Below are positions 28,825 to 40,018 of a DNA stretch of 64,000 nucleotides, piece after piece. Location of the stretch: contig JAPPLB010000069.1 in the NCBI GenBank assembly GCA_028819575.1, positions 88,470 to 152,469 on the forward strand, read 5' to 3'. The stretch's first letter is position 1, and every line of letters starts with the position of its first letter. A program made the position numbers and the translations under genes. This DNA is from Bryobacterales bacterium. Lineage in GTDB: Bacteria; Acidobacteriota; Terriglobia; Bryobacterales; UBA6623. The notes beneath the pieces were generated by a model that saw only the letters and a program-made list of their open reading frames with translations, was not told the DNA's origin and searched no databases.

Positions 28825-30024
28825 ATGCAGCGACGACAGTTTCTTCTCAACTCTCTAGCCACCGCCACAGCCCTTTCCGCAGCCACCCCAAGTACCCGCC
28901 TGGCAACCCCTGACGAGTCCCGTCAACGGAAGAAACTACGGGTCGGGATCATTGGCTGCGGCCGTATGGGTCAATATTTCACTGAAGTCTATCGCGCCCT
29001 CCCCGACACCGAACTTGTCGCTATCGCCGAGTGGAATGACGCGCGACGTGAAATCGTCGGCAAGCGCTTTGGTGTCAAGGCCCTCTTCAAAGACGTCAAC
29101 GCGATGCTCCGCGAAGTCGTCCCGGACATCGCCGCCGTCATCACACCCACGAAGTTCATGAAAGAAGCCGTCATTGCCTGCGCCGAGGCCGGCGTCAAAG
29201 GAGTTTCAACCGACAAGCCCATCGCCGCGCGCCTGTCCGATGCGGACGCCATGGTCGACGCCTGCGAGAAGCGGAACGTCGTTTTCGCCGGCGGCAATCT
29301 GCAACGCGCCATGTGGGAAGTCCAGCACGCGGGCAGACGCCTCAGAAACGGGGACTACGGACCCGTGAAAGGCGCAGTCGTACATCGTTTTGGCGGCGAG
29401 ATCTCCGGCGGCGGCTGTCAACACCTCTCCGTTCTTCGCCTCTTCACCGGAGCGGAAGTCGAGGAAGTCATGGCCTGGGGACAACCCGCCGAAGCCCTCG
29501 ATCAAGAAACCGACGAAGGCCTTGAAATCAACGGATTCTTCCGCATGACCAGCGGCATCGACTGTCAGGTCTTCGGCCAAGAAACTCCCTATCGCGGTGT
29601 TGACGCCTGGACGGACAGCACGCTCGTCCGCTGGGACTGGGCTCCACCCGACATTCACGAGAGTTCCGGCTCGGGAGCCCGAAAAAAGATCGCCGCGAAC
29701 TACCCGCCCTTCCCCTGGCGCTACATCCTCGATCGTCCCTCGCTGCGTCTGACAGACAACTACCTAGTCAGCTCCATCCGATCATTTGTCGATGCCGTGG
29801 CGACCGGGAGTGATCTCTTCATCTCCGGACACGACCTGCGCCAAGCACTGGAGATCGCCATCGCGTCGAAGCTCTCCGCCCAGCTTGGCAATCAACCGGT
29901 CAAGCTGCCTCTCGAAGATCGCTCGCTGGCGCTCTACCCGCGCCCTTACCGCTGGCTCGGCGGCGACGTCACCGGCAGGCCGCAATCCGAAGACGAAGCG
30001 TCGGGAAAGAAGCCTCAGGCATGA
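28825..30024 (+). CDS. Gfo/Idh/MocA family oxidoreductase with TAT signal
   Basis: 399 aa. MQRRQFLLNSLATATALSAA is a twin-arginine signal, followed by the Rossmann motif LRVGIIGCGRMG. Confidence 0.85.
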   Translation: MQRRQFLLNSLATATALSAATPSTRLATPDESRQRKKLRVGIIGCGRMGQYFTEVYRALPDTELVAIAEWNDARREIVGKRFGVKALFKDVNAMLREVVPDIAAVITPTKFMKEAVIACAEAGVKGVSTDKPIAARLSDADAMVDACEKRNVVFAGGNLQRAMWEVQHAGRRLRNGDYGPVKGAVVHRFGGEISGGGCQHLSVLRLFTGAEVEEVMAWGQPAEALDQETDEGLEINGFFRMTSGIDCQVFGQETPYRGVDAWTDSTLVRWDWAPPDIHESSGSGARKKIAANYPPFPWRYILDRPSLRLTDNYLVSSIRSFVDAVATGSDLFISGHDLRQALEIAIASKLSAQLGNQPVKLPLEDRSLALYPRPYRWLGGDVTGRPQSEDEASGKKPQA

Positions 30025-30896
30025 CCCAATTTCGAATTCGCTCCGCCACGTCACAACTTCTCACCCTCGCCCTCTGTCTACTGGCCGCGGCATGGGTCCA
30101 CCCACCCCAGGCGCTCGCCAACCAGCAAGCGCAGGTGGTCAAGATCGAACGTCTCACCCACAACGTCAAGCGCATTCGTTTCAAGGCAGCAAACGACGAC
30201 TTCACTTTCCAGGCAGGCCAATTCATCCTGCTCAAGCTGCCCGATGCCTATTTGAGGGCATTCAACAAGAGTCACGGCACCGAACACACCAGCGTTTCCC
30301 GCCCCTACTCGTTCGCATCCGCACCGAGCGAAGCGCCGTATTTCGACCTCATCGTCAAGCACTACCCTGCGCCACCGGGCAAGGATGTCCCGCCGGGCCT
30401 GGCGTCCACCTTTATCCATCAGCACTTGCGCCCAAGCAATACCGTCACCTTCAGCGACCCTGTCGGCAGCCTCTACATGCCGAACGACTCCACCGACCCG
30501 ATCATTCTCGTCGCGGGCGGCGTTGGCGCGAGCCCCTTCATCGGACTACTCAAGCACTGGTTCGATCAAGGGCTCGACCGGCAGCGAGAAATCCATTTCT
30601 TCTTCGGAGTGCGATCCAAGCACGACTTTTTCTTGCTGGGCGACCTCGCCGACTGGTCCCGCCGCAGGAAAAACTTCAAGTACATTCTGGCGCTCTCCCA
30701 CCCCGATCCCGCCGACGAATGGAAGGGCGAAAGCGGTTACATCAACACCGTTCTCGACCGCCACTTCCCATCGCCCCTGAGGGCCGACGTTTACCTGGCC
30801 GGGGCGCCCATCATGATTCGTGAAACGGTGAAGGTACTCCACACCAAGCAAGTACCGGATACCCGCATTCATCACGATCCCATCAAGGTCCAGTAA
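30021..30896 (+). CDS. NqrF/FNR-like FAD/NAD(P)-binding reductase with N-terminal hydrophobic anchor or signal; no 2Fe-2S domain
   Basis: 291 aa. ATGA overlap with the preceding gene. N-terminus is SQLLTLALCLLAAAWVHPPQALA. RPYSFAS (RxYS FAD motif), PPGLASTFIHQHLRPSNTVTFSDPVG and ILVAGGVGASPF (NAD(P) site) are present. I see no Cys cluster. Confidence 0.75.
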   Translation: MTQFRIRSATSQLLTLALCLLAAAWVHPPQALANQQAQVVKIERLTHNVKRIRFKAANDDFTFQAGQFILLKLPDAYLRAFNKSHGTEHTSVSRPYSFASAPSEAPYFDLIVKHYPAPPGKDVPPGLASTFIHQHLRPSNTVTFSDPVGSLYMPNDSTDPIILVAGGVGASPFIGLLKHWFDQGLDRQREIHFFFGVRSKHDFFLLGDLADWSRRRKNFKYILALSHPDPADEWKGESGYINTVLDRHFPSPLRADVYLAGAPIMIRETVKVLHTKQVPDTRIHHDPIKVQ

Positions 30897-31024
30897 TTCG
30901 CACAGCGCGAGGCAGGGTCACGCCGCGGTCAGCCCCGCGCCGTCAGCCGGAGCGCCCGTTTACGTGCAGTAAACAGCCGAGTACACTGGCATTGTCAAGG
31001 CGCGTCCGCGCCTGGAGGTGTCCC

Positions 31025-32701
31025 ATGATCCGACGCAACTTCCTGAAAGCCGGCCTCAGCGCGAGCGCCGCCGCCGCAAGCTCATCAACAGCCACCTCGG
31101 CCGGAACGGAAAAGGCGAGAAAAAAACCGAACCTTCTCTTCTATCACGACGGCAGACATCCCCTGATCTACATGTATGAGCCGCCGATGCAGAAGGAACA
31201 ATACGAAGCCGCCGTCGATGAACTTGCGGGAACTCCCATTGAAGCCCTCATGTTCTGCCTGGGAGACGGACGCACCGTCCTGCACGACACGAAGGTCGGC
31301 GAACTCTGGGGACACAACGTCGACAAATGGCCGCACCTCATCTTCCGGCGCGCCCACCAAAACGCCAAACACCTCATCGACACCGGCAACGATCCTCTGC
31401 GCGTCGTCTGCGACCGGGCGCACGAGAAAGGGTTGCTCTTCTACCCTACCCTGCTTGTCCAACAGGGAACCCGCGACCGGTCTGTGGATGTACGCGGCTC
31501 CGACTTCCGCTTCAACAACCGACATCTCGAAATCGGCGCGCGCGGCGACGTCGATCCCGACCACCCCTGTTCCTCATGCCTCGACTTCAAGCATGCCGAG
31601 GTCCGCGACGAACGCCTGGCTCTCATTCAAGAGACGGTCCATCGTTATCCCATCGACGGCTTCGAGCTCCAACTCAACTATCAAGCCTCTTACTTCCATC
31701 CATCCGAGATTGCTGACGGCCGCGAGATCATGACCGATTGGATTCGCCGCGTCCGCGACCTACTCGACGAGAGCGGCCCCGATCGTGAACTGGTCATCCG
31801 CATTCCGGCTGATATCGATGCCTGCCATTCCGTAGGTCTGGACGTGCGCCGCTGGATCGCGGATGGGCTAGTGGACGTGGTTGTCGGTGAGACCTTCGGA
31901 GGCCCTGAACTCCTCAGCCACACGAGCGACCTGCGACCCCTCGTCGAAGCCGCCGAAGGCGCAGCGACCCGAGTCCACGCCGCGCTCCACGCTCTCGTCG
32001 ATTCCGACCGCCTGCACAATGCAACCAACGAGATGCTCCGCGCGGCCGCCTCGAACTATTGGGCCCAGGGCGTCGACGGCTTCTATCTTGCATATTGGTT
32101 CGGATATTGGCCCTACAAAGCGCCGTTCTACGAGATCCTCCGCGAGATTCCCCATCCCGACATCATGGCGCCCAAGGACAAGACCTACTACATCCCCACC
32201 ATGACCGGGCGCTATCCCGAGCCGCGTCTCGAGCCCGGACTGACGATGCAGATGCCGGCCGATCTCCACGTCAACCAGCCGGTGCGCCTCGAACTGCCCA
32301 TCAGCGACGATCTGCCTCGCTGGGACCGGACGGGCCGTGTACACCAAGTCCTGCTGCGTTTCCGCGTCATGAACACGACCGAACTTGACCGCCTCGAATT
32401 CAAGCTCAACGGCAAACCGCTCCCGGACCGTCTCCTGCGCACCCTCAACGAGATGTACCGCATGAGCGCCCCCCGCTACCGCACCGGCTCCGGTTACTGG
32501 TTCATCTTCAAGCTCGACCGCGACCACTGGCCTCTGCAAGGAAAAAACAAGCTTGAAGTCTCCCTCACCAGACGAGACCCCGATGTCATACCTCAGGTCT
32601 TCCTGCGTGACGTCGAGATGGAAATCCAATACCTGCTCGGGAAGAACTTTCACCGAGGTCAAGACAGAGACCTGGGCCCGTATGAGCACTCCGGATTCTG
32701 A
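31025..32701 (+). CDS. TAT-signal hypothetical protein, possibly a TIM-barrel glycosyl-hydrolase-like fold
   Basis: ORF 30992..32701. ATG 31025 gives MIRRNFLKAGLSASAAAASS (twin-arginine). The rest has an alternating beta/alpha pattern. The family assignment is a guess. Confidence 0.6.
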   Translation: MIRRNFLKAGLSASAAAASSSTATSAGTEKARKKPNLLFYHDGRHPLIYMYEPPMQKEQYEAAVDELAGTPIEALMFCLGDGRTVLHDTKVGELWGHNVDKWPHLIFRRAHQNAKHLIDTGNDPLRVVCDRAHEKGLLFYPTLLVQQGTRDRSVDVRGSDFRFNNRHLEIGARGDVDPDHPCSSCLDFKHAEVRDERLALIQETVHRYPIDGFELQLNYQASYFHPSEIADGREIMTDWIRRVRDLLDESGPDRELVIRIPADIDACHSVGLDVRRWIADGLVDVVVGETFGGPELLSHTSDLRPLVEAAEGAATRVHAALHALVDSDRLHNATNEMLRAAASNYWAQGVDGFYLAYWFGYWPYKAPFYEILREIPHPDIMAPKDKTYYIPTMTGRYPEPRLEPGLTMQMPADLHVNQPVRLELPISDDLPRWDRTGRVHQVLLRFRVMNTTELDRLEFKLNGKPLPDRLLRTLNEMYRMSAPRYRTGSGYWFIFKLDRDHWPLQGKNKLEVSLTRRDPDVIPQVFLRDVEMEIQYLLGKNFHRGQDRDLGPYEHSGF

Positions 32702-33045
32702 TGGCTCCTCCTCAACGGATAAGTGGACCTAGTGAGTGCCTGCATCAACCTGTTTCTGGGTCGCCCATAGCCCTCGTCTACCGAAAGTAAACCTTAAGTA
32801 ACTTCTTATAAGTAGCTAACACAATATAAAGTTATTCTCACCGGGTCCCCAGGTTAACCACGAGCCGACAGTAGAGCGCCCCCGGTAGGGTCGAGACAGT
32901 CATCAGCATCAACTTGGTCCTGGATCAGAGCGGCGTCTCTCAGTCCCAAGTGCGTCATCGGCCAAGATGGACCAGAGACAACAGAATTTGTCCTGTGTCT
33001 CACCAGCTAAAGAGTGCCTTCGGTAACTTGAGCTGCAGTGAACAA

Positions 33046-34524
33046 ATGACGCGTATGGACACACATAGTCAATACATGCGGGATCGCACAGATAGTGAGC
33101 TCGTGGCTGAAACACAACAGGGCAATCGTGAGGCACTCGGGGAACTCTTCTCACGCTACTGGCGGGCGTCACGTGCAACAGCCTTCGGAGTGACTGGAGA
33201 CCTCTCGTTGGCCGAAGATGCGGCTGCCGAAGCGTTCCGCCAGACGCTGGTGAGCATCCATTCCCTGCGCAACCCCGATCGATTCGCGCCTTGGCTGAGA
33301 ACGATTGTGATGCGCAAAGCCCGGGTCCTTCAAACCCGTCGGCAGACCGAAAGTTTGTTCACCGAGGCGATGCCTGATCCCGGGTGTGGAGCAGACGACG
33401 AACTGGCAGAGCTTCATTTGGCAGTTGTCGTCCAACGCGCCGTTTCGGAGCTACCGGACCGCCTGCGAGAAGTGGTGTCGTTGTTCTATTTCGAAGGGTA
33501 TGGTCCAACGGCTGCCGCCCGATTCCTGGACATTCCGGACGGCACTTTCCGACGCCGAATGCACGAGGGCCGCAAGTGGCTCCGCAAAGCTGTCGAACGC
33601 ATCTTGCAGGAAGGAGCTTTCGTGAACGAAGAACAGAACCGGAAGATCGGGCGGCTCAGAAAATTGATCGACAATCTGGACGACGCTGACGACGAGTCGT
33701 TCTATCAGGTAGTAAGGGAATCACTTGCCCTTCGCCCGGCACCAAATGAATTAATCGACCTGTTCCACTCGAAACCTCAATTGGAAGAGGTTTCTCAAGA
33801 GTCCATCGCCGCCAGAACGGAATTCGGGGACCAAGTCCGGAAACTGGCGCAACGGTTCACGGGTCCTTCGGCTCGTGCATCGGACCCCGGTCATCCCGTG
33901 GGCAGGGTGGTGGTGCTTGTTCGGCAGGTGCTGCCCGACTTTCGAACCTGGGCACCTGACGTTGGAAAAGCGCTGGCAGGAGTCACAGCGAAAGCTGGAG
34001 GTCTCGAACACTTCACAACGCTCAGACCTCCCGGTTTTGCCGAGGGACGGCCAAGCACCTTTCTGCGTGTGACGCAAGCTTTCGTGACTTGGAGCGCAGG
34101 AGGAGCGGAGAGAACGACGTATCAACTCCTCAAGGACAGTGCGGACTCACATACGTTTCGAGCGGGTCTTCAGGACGCACGAATCAGCGATGTCCTCGAT
34201 CTGACCTGGATGGTCGCCAGCCCTCTCGAGTTGCGTTCGGTACAGGAATTGCTGGAGCGACTGATCGCTGAAGTGCTGCCCGGTACGCTTGTGCGATTCA
34301 GCAGCTATGATGAGCCGCGCTACCGTTCCGCCTTGCAGCTTCGGATTGCCGAGATGCCTGCACCCGCCGCGACGGGGGGCGTGCTGGCCGAATGGTCGGG
34401 TCGTCCACGTGGGGTCGAGGCGGCTCATCTGCGCATCTTTCTCGAGCCGTGGGCGAGGGTGACATCGGGTCAGTTGATCGAGCCTCAATCGATGGAAAAC
34501 GCCATTCGGATATTCGAGGAATAA
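33046..34524 (+). CDS. ECF-type sigma-70 family factor with ~300-aa C-terminal extension
   Basis: ORF 32914..34524; likely start ATG 33046. Region 2 is LGELFSRYWRASRATAFGVTGDLSLAEDAAAEAFRQTL...FAPWLRTIVMRKA. Region 4 is LPDRLREVVSLFYFEGYGPTAAARFLDIPDGTFRRRMHEGRKWLRKAV. About 300 further residues follow with no obvious hydrophobic segment. The 3' end overlaps the convergent gene by 40 nt. Confidence 0.8.
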   Translation: MTRMDTHSQYMRDRTDSELVAETQQGNREALGELFSRYWRASRATAFGVTGDLSLAEDAAAEAFRQTLVSIHSLRNPDRFAPWLRTIVMRKARVLQTRRQTESLFTEAMPDPGCGADDELAELHLAVVVQRAVSELPDRLREVVSLFYFEGYGPTAAARFLDIPDGTFRRRMHEGRKWLRKAVERILQEGAFVNEEQNRKIGRLRKLIDNLDDADDESFYQVVRESLALRPAPNELIDLFHSKPQLEEVSQESIAARTEFGDQVRKLAQRFTGPSARASDPGHPVGRVVVLVRQVLPDFRTWAPDVGKALAGVTAKAGGLEHFTTLRPPGFAEGRPSTFLRVTQAFVTWSAGGAERTTYQLLKDSADSHTFRAGLQDARISDVLDLTWMVASPLELRSVQELLERLIAEVLPGTLVRFSSYDEPRYRSALQLRIAEMPAPAATGGVLAEWSGRPRGVEAAHLRIFLEPWARVTSGQLIEPQSMENAIRIFEE

Positions 34525-36068
34525 CTGCGTCCCGTTGGCAACTCCCTCGCTGCGCTTCGCCCGGCATGGCGTCCGCTGGTGAGAGCCCAGGCGATGTGGA
34601 GGCCGTGACTCCACAGGATCAGACCGCCCATTCCGTTCGAGCCCGCGGCGTAGAGGCCGGGGACCACCTTCCCTTCGTCATCGAGCGCTTGCATCGCCTG
34701 GTTGATGCGAACTCCTCCTTCGGTCGTCACGATCCAGCTTTTCGCGGGGCCGAGGGCGTAGTAGGGAGGTTTGTCGACAGGCGCGCCTGAGCCGACGCGG
34801 CCGAAGCGGTCCGCAACGCCCTGCGTGACGGCCTGGTTGTAATGGGCGAGCGTGACGTCGAGAGCTTTCGAGTCGACACCGATCCGTGCGGCCAAGTCCG
34901 CAACGGCCGGCGCCTCGTGATAGAGGTCCGGGCGAAGACGACGGAAATCGTGGATGTAGGCATAGCCGATTTCCGGGGCCGTGGAGATGAAGTTGGGCCA
35001 TCCTCCGAACAGCCGAGCCACTCTCTGGTCAAAAATCAAATAGGCCATCCTACCCGGTTGCTTGGGGATCGCCATCGCAGGATTCCGCGTCTCGTCAACG
35101 AAACGTTCGCCGTCACGGTTGACGAGAAGCGCTCCGCTCTCGTACAGAGTGTCTTCCGGATGCTGCCAAGTGAACAGCAACTGCCTGGCATGCGCGTGGA
35201 GCGCCTCCGGCCCCAAGTCGTCCAGTTCCCGGGATGCCGATCCAGCGCCCGAGGCGGATGCCGGCAGCAACTGGCGAAACGGATCACCGGGCGGCGGCAC
35301 GAAGCGGATCTCGGGGCCGTAGATCACGTCCATGTTCACCAGCGCCGCCCCGGCATCACGAGCCAAGCGATGGCCGTCGCCGGCCGAATGGGGGTTGATG
35401 CCCTCGATCGCGGCAGTCTCCGAGCTCAGGAACTCGTTCTTCACAGCGAGGCCACTGGAATAATCACCGGCCGCCAGGACGACGCCACGACGGGCGTAGA
35501 TGGCAGTCGTCTCGCCCGACGAGTCTCGGGACGCCACACCGGCGACTCGGCCGGTTTCATCCAGGATGAGGCGGGTTGCCGCATGGCCCGCAAGAATCTC
35601 AACACCCTGGAGTATGGCTTGCCGTTGCAGCCTGAAGATGTAGATCTTCGCGTTAGGAACCACGTTGTGCATGCGGGGCAAGCGATTCGGCGGTTCGGGA
35701 TGAGGGCCCGTGAACTCCACACCCATTGCGAGCAGCCACTCGAGCGTGTCAGCCGCGTTCCCGGCAAGCCAGGCGCGCAGAGACGTGTTGTTTTTCGATT
35801 CCCGTTGCGGAGCAAACCTGGCAATGTCTTGCCGGTGCCAAGCCGTGCGGTCTTCAACGGAAGCGGCGTGTTGCAGAGAGGTGCAAGCTGCGGTGAAGGA
35901 GCCGACGGCAATGCCCGTCGTGCCACCGAGTTGAGGCCGCTTTTCCAGGAGAGTTACCGCCACCCCATGACTGGATGCCTCCACCGCCGCCGCCAGACCG
36001 CTGCCGCCACCCCCGACGACGATGACATCGGTCTCACGATGCGGCGTGTGTCGTCTCATGCCTCTCAA
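34485..36068 (-). CDS. FAD-dependent oxidoreductase (fumarate reductase / KstD-like flavoprotein family)
   Basis: 527 aa. DVIVVGGGGSGLAAAVEASSHGVAVTLLEKRPQLGGTT is the dinucleotide-binding motif. PGLYAAGSN near the C-terminus is typical of FAD_binding_2 proteins. Confidence 0.8.
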   Translation of the reverse strand: MRGMRRHTPHRETDVIVVGGGGSGLAAAVEASSHGVAVTLLEKRPQLGGTTGIAVGSFTAACTSLQHAASVEDRTAWHRQDIARFAPQRESKNNTSLRAWLAGNAADTLEWLLAMGVEFTGPHPEPPNRLPRMHNVVPNAKIYIFRLQRQAILQGVEILAGHAATRLILDETGRVAGVASRDSSGETTAIYARRGVVLAAGDYSSGLAVKNEFLSSETAAIEGINPHSAGDGHRLARDAGAALVNMDVIYGPEIRFVPPPGDPFRQLLPASASGAGSASRELDDLGPEALHAHARQLLFTWQHPEDTLYESGALLVNRDGERFVDETRNPAMAIPKQPGRMAYLIFDQRVARLFGGWPNFISTAPEIGYAYIHDFRRLRPDLYHEAPAVADLAARIGVDSKALDVTLAHYNQAVTQGVADRFGRVGSGAPVDKPPYYALGPAKSWIVTTEGGVRINQAMQALDDEGKVVPGLYAAGSNGMGGLILWSHGLHIAWALTSGRHAGRSAARELPTGRSYSSNIRMAFSID

Positions 36069-36410
36069 TGGTAGAGGGTTCGGACCAATCCGACAGCGGT
36101 TGTTCGAGCGGACTCTCAGCAGCTTCCGAGCAAAGCAGCCGCAGTTTCCCAGGAATGGCTCTGGATCATACCGCCCCGCGACAAGGCGCCGGCCAGTTGC
36201 CTCAATCGCGCGGGCATTGCCGCGACGAGAACGCGATGAAGAGGAAGCCAGAGCTTGGCTGTTTCAGACCGATATAGTTTGGGTTCTACTTCAGGCTATT
36301 ATTATAATAATCACAAATAAAAAGACTTAATATTTATTTTATAAACCAGGGTAAGGTTGGTGTCTCGACGCAGACAGCGAGGATCAGGGGCAACAGCGGC
36401 TGCCTCCGGC

Positions 36411-37588
36411 TCACCGCCCAAAGATGATTTTTTCGCGCTGGAACAGCCGTGTCGTCACCGCCACACAAGCCAGTCCGCTCAAAGTTACCGTCACCCCTGC
36501 ACCCAAGGACACCAGCAAAGAGCCCGGCTCTCCCCGCATCGCTTCCGTGATCAGCAGATGCTGTCCCAGAAGAGGAATCATCGCAAGCCACGGCTGCGGA
36601 TCGATCGGCGAAAACATCATCACGAAGGCCGGCAACATCGGAACGAAGATCAGGAAGGACACATAGGTCTGCGCTTCCTTGTACGACCGCGCGAAGCTGG
36701 CCACCAATATCTGCAGCCCGGAGGCCAGAAAAGCCAACGGGATCACCGCCGCCAACAAAGCGCCAACGTCTCCCGCATCAAGCTGGAATCGCATCCCGAG
36801 ACTTTCCAGCGGCGCCCGCTCCATTGCTTGCTGAAGTAGTACGAACGTCAGCAGCACACTTACCCAAGCGAATACCACCGACGCCAACCACTTGCCTGCG
36901 ACGATCGACTTCCGCGGCGCCGGATTGACCAACAGCGGCTCCAGCGACCCACGCTCCCTCTCGCCCGCGGTCGTGTCAATCGCAATGTTCATCCCTCCCA
37001 CAAATGTGGCCAAAACCAGAAACATCGGCAGGAACGCCATCACCATCGCCGCGCGCTGCTGAGCGCTCGATACGTCCACCTCATCAATCCGAATCGGAGC
37101 CGCCACAGCCGGACTCACGCCGCGCGCAACAAGACGCAACATCCCGATCTGCCCGCTGTAGGAGGAGAGCAACCTGCGCGCACGTCGAACAAACACCCCG
37201 GCGTCATCATCCGAGCGATCGATCACCAGCTCGACTTCAACCGCCTTCGACTGCGCAAAAAGCTCGTTGTAGTCCTCCGGGATAACGATCACAAACTTCA
37301 CATCACCGTCACGCACCGCGGTGTACGGGTCCTGCGGTCCGTCCACGACTTCCACGCCGCGCTGCTGCTTCAGCCAATCCACCAGCGTCTCGGCGTGACG
37401 GGCTCCAACAATCGGCAGCTCGATGTCATCCGCCTGGCGCCTCTTTTCCGCGATGAAGTTGAGCATCAAAACAATCATCAGGGGCCACATCAGCGGCGGA
37501 ATCAACGCCGACATCACCGAGCGGCGGTCACGGATTCCATCCACCAACTCCTTGCGGAGCACGGCCCATACCGGCCTCCACAGCGGCC

Positions 37589-37592
<4 letters not shown>
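36411..37592 (-). CDS. ABC-2 type transporter permease (NatB-like)
   Basis: 393 aa. One N-terminal TM segment, a large loop, then 5 C-terminal hydrophobic segments. ATGA overlap with the ATPase gene. Confidence 0.75.
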
Positions 37593-38316
<724 letters not shown>

Positions 38317-38320
<4 letters not shown>

Positions 38321-39804
38321 TCCCCCGCCTCCGCCACCGGACCTGCATTGGTCAGAAAGAAAGGCGGCCGCCGGTGCCTTTCCACGCAGGACGCATCGAG
38401 GTCCTCCGCCGTTCCCTCGTCAATGAATTCCGCGATCAGATTCGGAACACAGCCCATCGGCGTCGTTCCGTGCCCGATACCCGGCACTACGACATGCCGG
38501 GAGTTCGGCAGTGTCCCGGCGGCCTGATCGCCCCAATGAGGCGGCGTTACCGGGTCCAGCTCGCCCGACAGAACCAACACCGGCACATCGGACTCGACAG
38601 AATCGTGATAAGCCTCATCCATGTTCGCCGCCGGCCACACCTCGCATGCCTCCACCCAGGCCGTGTAAGCGGCCGTCCCCAGGAACGTCCCCGCCGCCGC
38701 CTCTTCCGCTTCCGCCTTCTCGATCCAAGGCAGATCCTCCGCACAGAGAACCGAGAAAAACATCCCGAGGCTCATTTGCGCCTGCACCCTCTCATTCAGC
38801 GACACCAGCGCCATGAACCCCTGAAAGTCGTCCTCCTCCGCCCTTTCGATCAACAACGGGAGCAGCGCACTCAGTTCCGGAGAGTACAGCGCGCCCATCA
38901 GGATCCCGCTTACCAACTCACGACGAAGCGTGACTTCCGCTTCCTCGCCGGTGCGCGCATGCCGCAGGGTCACTTCGCGCGGCGCGGCGTCAAGACGAGC
39001 CCACAACCGCTCGAACCGCGACCGAATCTCCGGGAAACGCATATTGCATTCCGCATCCGACTCGCAGCTCTTCAGCATCAGGTCCAGAGCGCGCTGTCCG
39101 GCGGCCGGGAACGCCAGGGGCAAGCGCATCCCCGGCGGCGCAACCCCATCCAGCACAACGCTCCGCACGGTCTCGCCATGCCGGCGCAAATAAACGAGCG
39201 CCGCGCGCGTCCCGTACGATGCGCCCCACAGATTGATCTTGCCGTACGCCAACTCCTCCCGCACCTGGTTCAGATCGTCCATTGCGACCGGGGTCGTGTA
39301 GAAGCGCGTGTCCGCATCGAAACCATCGAGGCAGGCTTTCAGATCTTCGATCGGAAACTTGACGCGACTCAGGGCGGACAGGTCGTCTTCATCGAACGAG
39401 CATGTCAGCGGGTTCGAATCCCCGGTCCCGCGTTGATCGACGAACACGACATCCCGCGTTTCCTGGACCCCCTCGAAGAACCTCATCAGGGTCTCGGACA
39501 TCGCCGCCGCCGCCTGACCCGGCCCGCCCACCAGAACGAACAAGGGGTCCGGGGCCGGGTCGCGTTGATATGCGGGAAAAACGACCACCTTCAGACCGAT
39601 CTTGCGGCCACTGCCGGCAGCGCGATCTTCGAACACCTCGATCGTCGCGCACATCGCGTCGACCGGACCGTTCCGGGGGGAGCAGTTTTCCAGAACCGAG
39701 GCCGCCGCGGGCTCCTCCGTCCCACCGCTACAGCCGACCAGAAGAACCGAGGCGACCAGCGCACTCAGAATGCCGGTACGTCTTCGCTCAAGGGAAATCA
39801 TCAC
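38317..39804 (-). CDS. alpha/beta hydrolase lipoprotein (TAP-like / tripeptidyl aminopeptidase family)
   Basis: 495 aa. Lipobox LLVGCSGG and nucleophile elbow NLWGASYGT are present. GTG 39804 or ATG 39801 follows an AGGA. A 4-nt overlap joins it to the ATPase gene. Confidence 0.75.
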
Positions 39805-39862
39805 TCATCATCCTATACGTGACGGAAAAACCTCAAACCATCGAGGAAACATGTCAATGCAA

Positions 39863-39878
39863 TGTGGAACGTTGCCCT
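39863..39878 (-). promoter_or_regulatory. candidate sigma-54 (-24/-12) promoter for the hydrolase/ABC operon
   Basis: The minus strand reads TGGCGC-caaca-GGGCA. The GG and GC dinucleotides have the same spacing as the consensus TGGCAC-N5-TTGCA. The motif lies ~60 nt upstream of the start codon. There are three mismatches to the consensus. Confidence 0.3.
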
Positions 39879-40018
39879 GTTGGCGCCATCCAGAACATTC
39901 TCCTTTCTCGGCATGGGTTCATTTTTCTTTCGTCGCAGCGGAGGCAGCGCGGAGGCGGCGGGAGCGGCGGCGGACGGCACGCACGGCTGGCTGGACGGCG
40001 GCAAAGTCCGTGATTCGT

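Noticed and set aside
39405-39435. tRNA-like GGTTCGAATCC string
   Set aside because: It lies inside the alpha/beta hydrolase CDS. The flanking bases (gcggg / ccccg) do not form a T-arm, and no acceptor or anticodon arms are present.
39945-40010. GGC/GCG-rich low-complexity tract (gcggaggcagcgcggaggcggcgggagcggcggcggacgg)
   Set aside because: It has no regular repeat unit or spacer structure, so it is not CRISPR-like or a clean tandem repeat. It is probably compositional.
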